DNA of 64,000 nucleotides from Kondoa subrosea (Eukaryota): NCBI GenBank assembly GCA_039545335.1, contig BCIN01000008.1, positions 1,003,528 to 1,067,527 of the forward strand, read 5' to 3'. Shown piece by piece: positions 63,003 to 64,000 of this stretch (position 1 is its first letter; each line of letters starts with the position of its first letter). The notes under the pieces were generated by a model. It saw only the letters and a program-made list of their open reading frames with translations, ran no database searches and was not told where the DNA came from. The position numbers and the translations under genes were made by a program.

Positions 63003-64000
63003 TTAATCCAAGAAACCATCAGGTGTAGCCTGTGCATTTGTATTCAGCAATCTTATCACTGGCCCAGGAAGAGAAAGCTTACAGGTCCCCAAACTGCTAG
63101 AGCTTCGTCGGAAGCTGGTAATCTGCCAGAAGGATTCTTGTGGTTGACTTGATCTGAATCGGCGCTGCATTGTTATGTTAGAACAAGCTACCGAGGAGCA
63201 AGAAGCAAAAGCTTACTAGTGTTCAATCATGAATTTGCCCTCAGGTTGGAACCTATCAATCAACTAAATCAGCGCTTTCTTGGAAATCCTTCACGAATAG
63301 TGATTTACCAGTAGTCGAACACTTGGGAACCGAGAATATCTGTAAACTTTGATATTAGAGTAAGCTCAAAGAAGGACAAGATATCGACATACGTCTGCCT
63401 ACACCCCAGCACGGAGTGTAACCCTTGCTTTCAAGCCATTGATGACCAATCTAAACTCGCAACTTTAGCTCCAATAATACTTCAATGGAGGAAAGAAGCT
63501 GACCATTTGAGTGTCATAGTCTTGAACTTCGAAAGAGCAATGATGAACACCAGTACGCTTGCTGTTCTCGGAAAAGAAGAAAGCGTGGTGATCGACGAAA
63601 GTTTCGCCTAGATCGAAATGAAGGAAAGCTGCTACATCTGTGTCATCTGGAGTGTGTAGAATACTAACCACCAAAAGGAGCAACATTAGGCCAGTTCGAC
63701 AAGATCAAAAGGCATAACATACTCTGAAGGAGTGAGGGTGAAGTGAGACATGTAGAAGTCAAGGGTTCTCTTGTAGTTTGATACTAGAAGACCGAAATGA
63801 CCAAGCTTGTGAACTACGGCAGGTTGGGCTTCGAATCTGTATAATCGCCTTCTCAACATAATAATATTGAACGAAGTCAGCACAACACACCTCAAGAACT
63901 CTCCCTTTCTTGGCTTCGCAAGAGGGAAGTTGTTGATGCGAGTAAGACCAGGGTCACGATCTTCTCTTTCTTCAATACCGTGAACGAGATGGAAAGGTAG
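63003..64000 (-). CDS. Glyoxalase/VOC-superfamily extradiol-type dioxygenase (fungal THT-oxygenase-like), partial
   Basis: PFHLVHG, PAVVHKLGHFGL, AAFLHFDLGETFVDHHAFF, VHHCSFEVQDYDTQ, WGVGR|H|ILGSQVFDY|W, IEH, WGP; the 5' part lies beyond the window. Confidence 0.85.

Overview
Eukaryotic, intron-rich and gene-dense fungal DNA with short (~45-60 nt) GT-AG introns. It is most likely a basidiomycete, possibly Pucciniomycotina; this is inferred from intron style and protein character only. Conserved housekeeping genes (PWP2, ATG11, SLX1, CK2-beta, TRA1) flank an accessory-looking block at ~13.6-33.5 kb. That block holds four paralogs of an unrecognised family, plus LRR/F-box-like genes. The family combines a ~130-aa exon-bounded 'H-x-x-R-N-E' module, a Mutator/FAR1/WRKY-GCM1-type zinc finger and a C-terminal SAM-like helical domain; one member also has an RRM. 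Other notable items: a large TRANK1/LBA1-like SF1 helicase-TPR gene with a RelE/ParE-like domain and two apparent frameshifts; a DTD-motif microbial rhodopsin that retains its retinal lysine; and a probable aromatic-catabolism cluster (FAD monooxygenase, mitochondrial dicarboxylate carrier, VOC dioxygenase) at the right end. Gene spans include introns and were spliced by eye. No rRNA, tRNA, CRISPR array or intact transposon was recognised.
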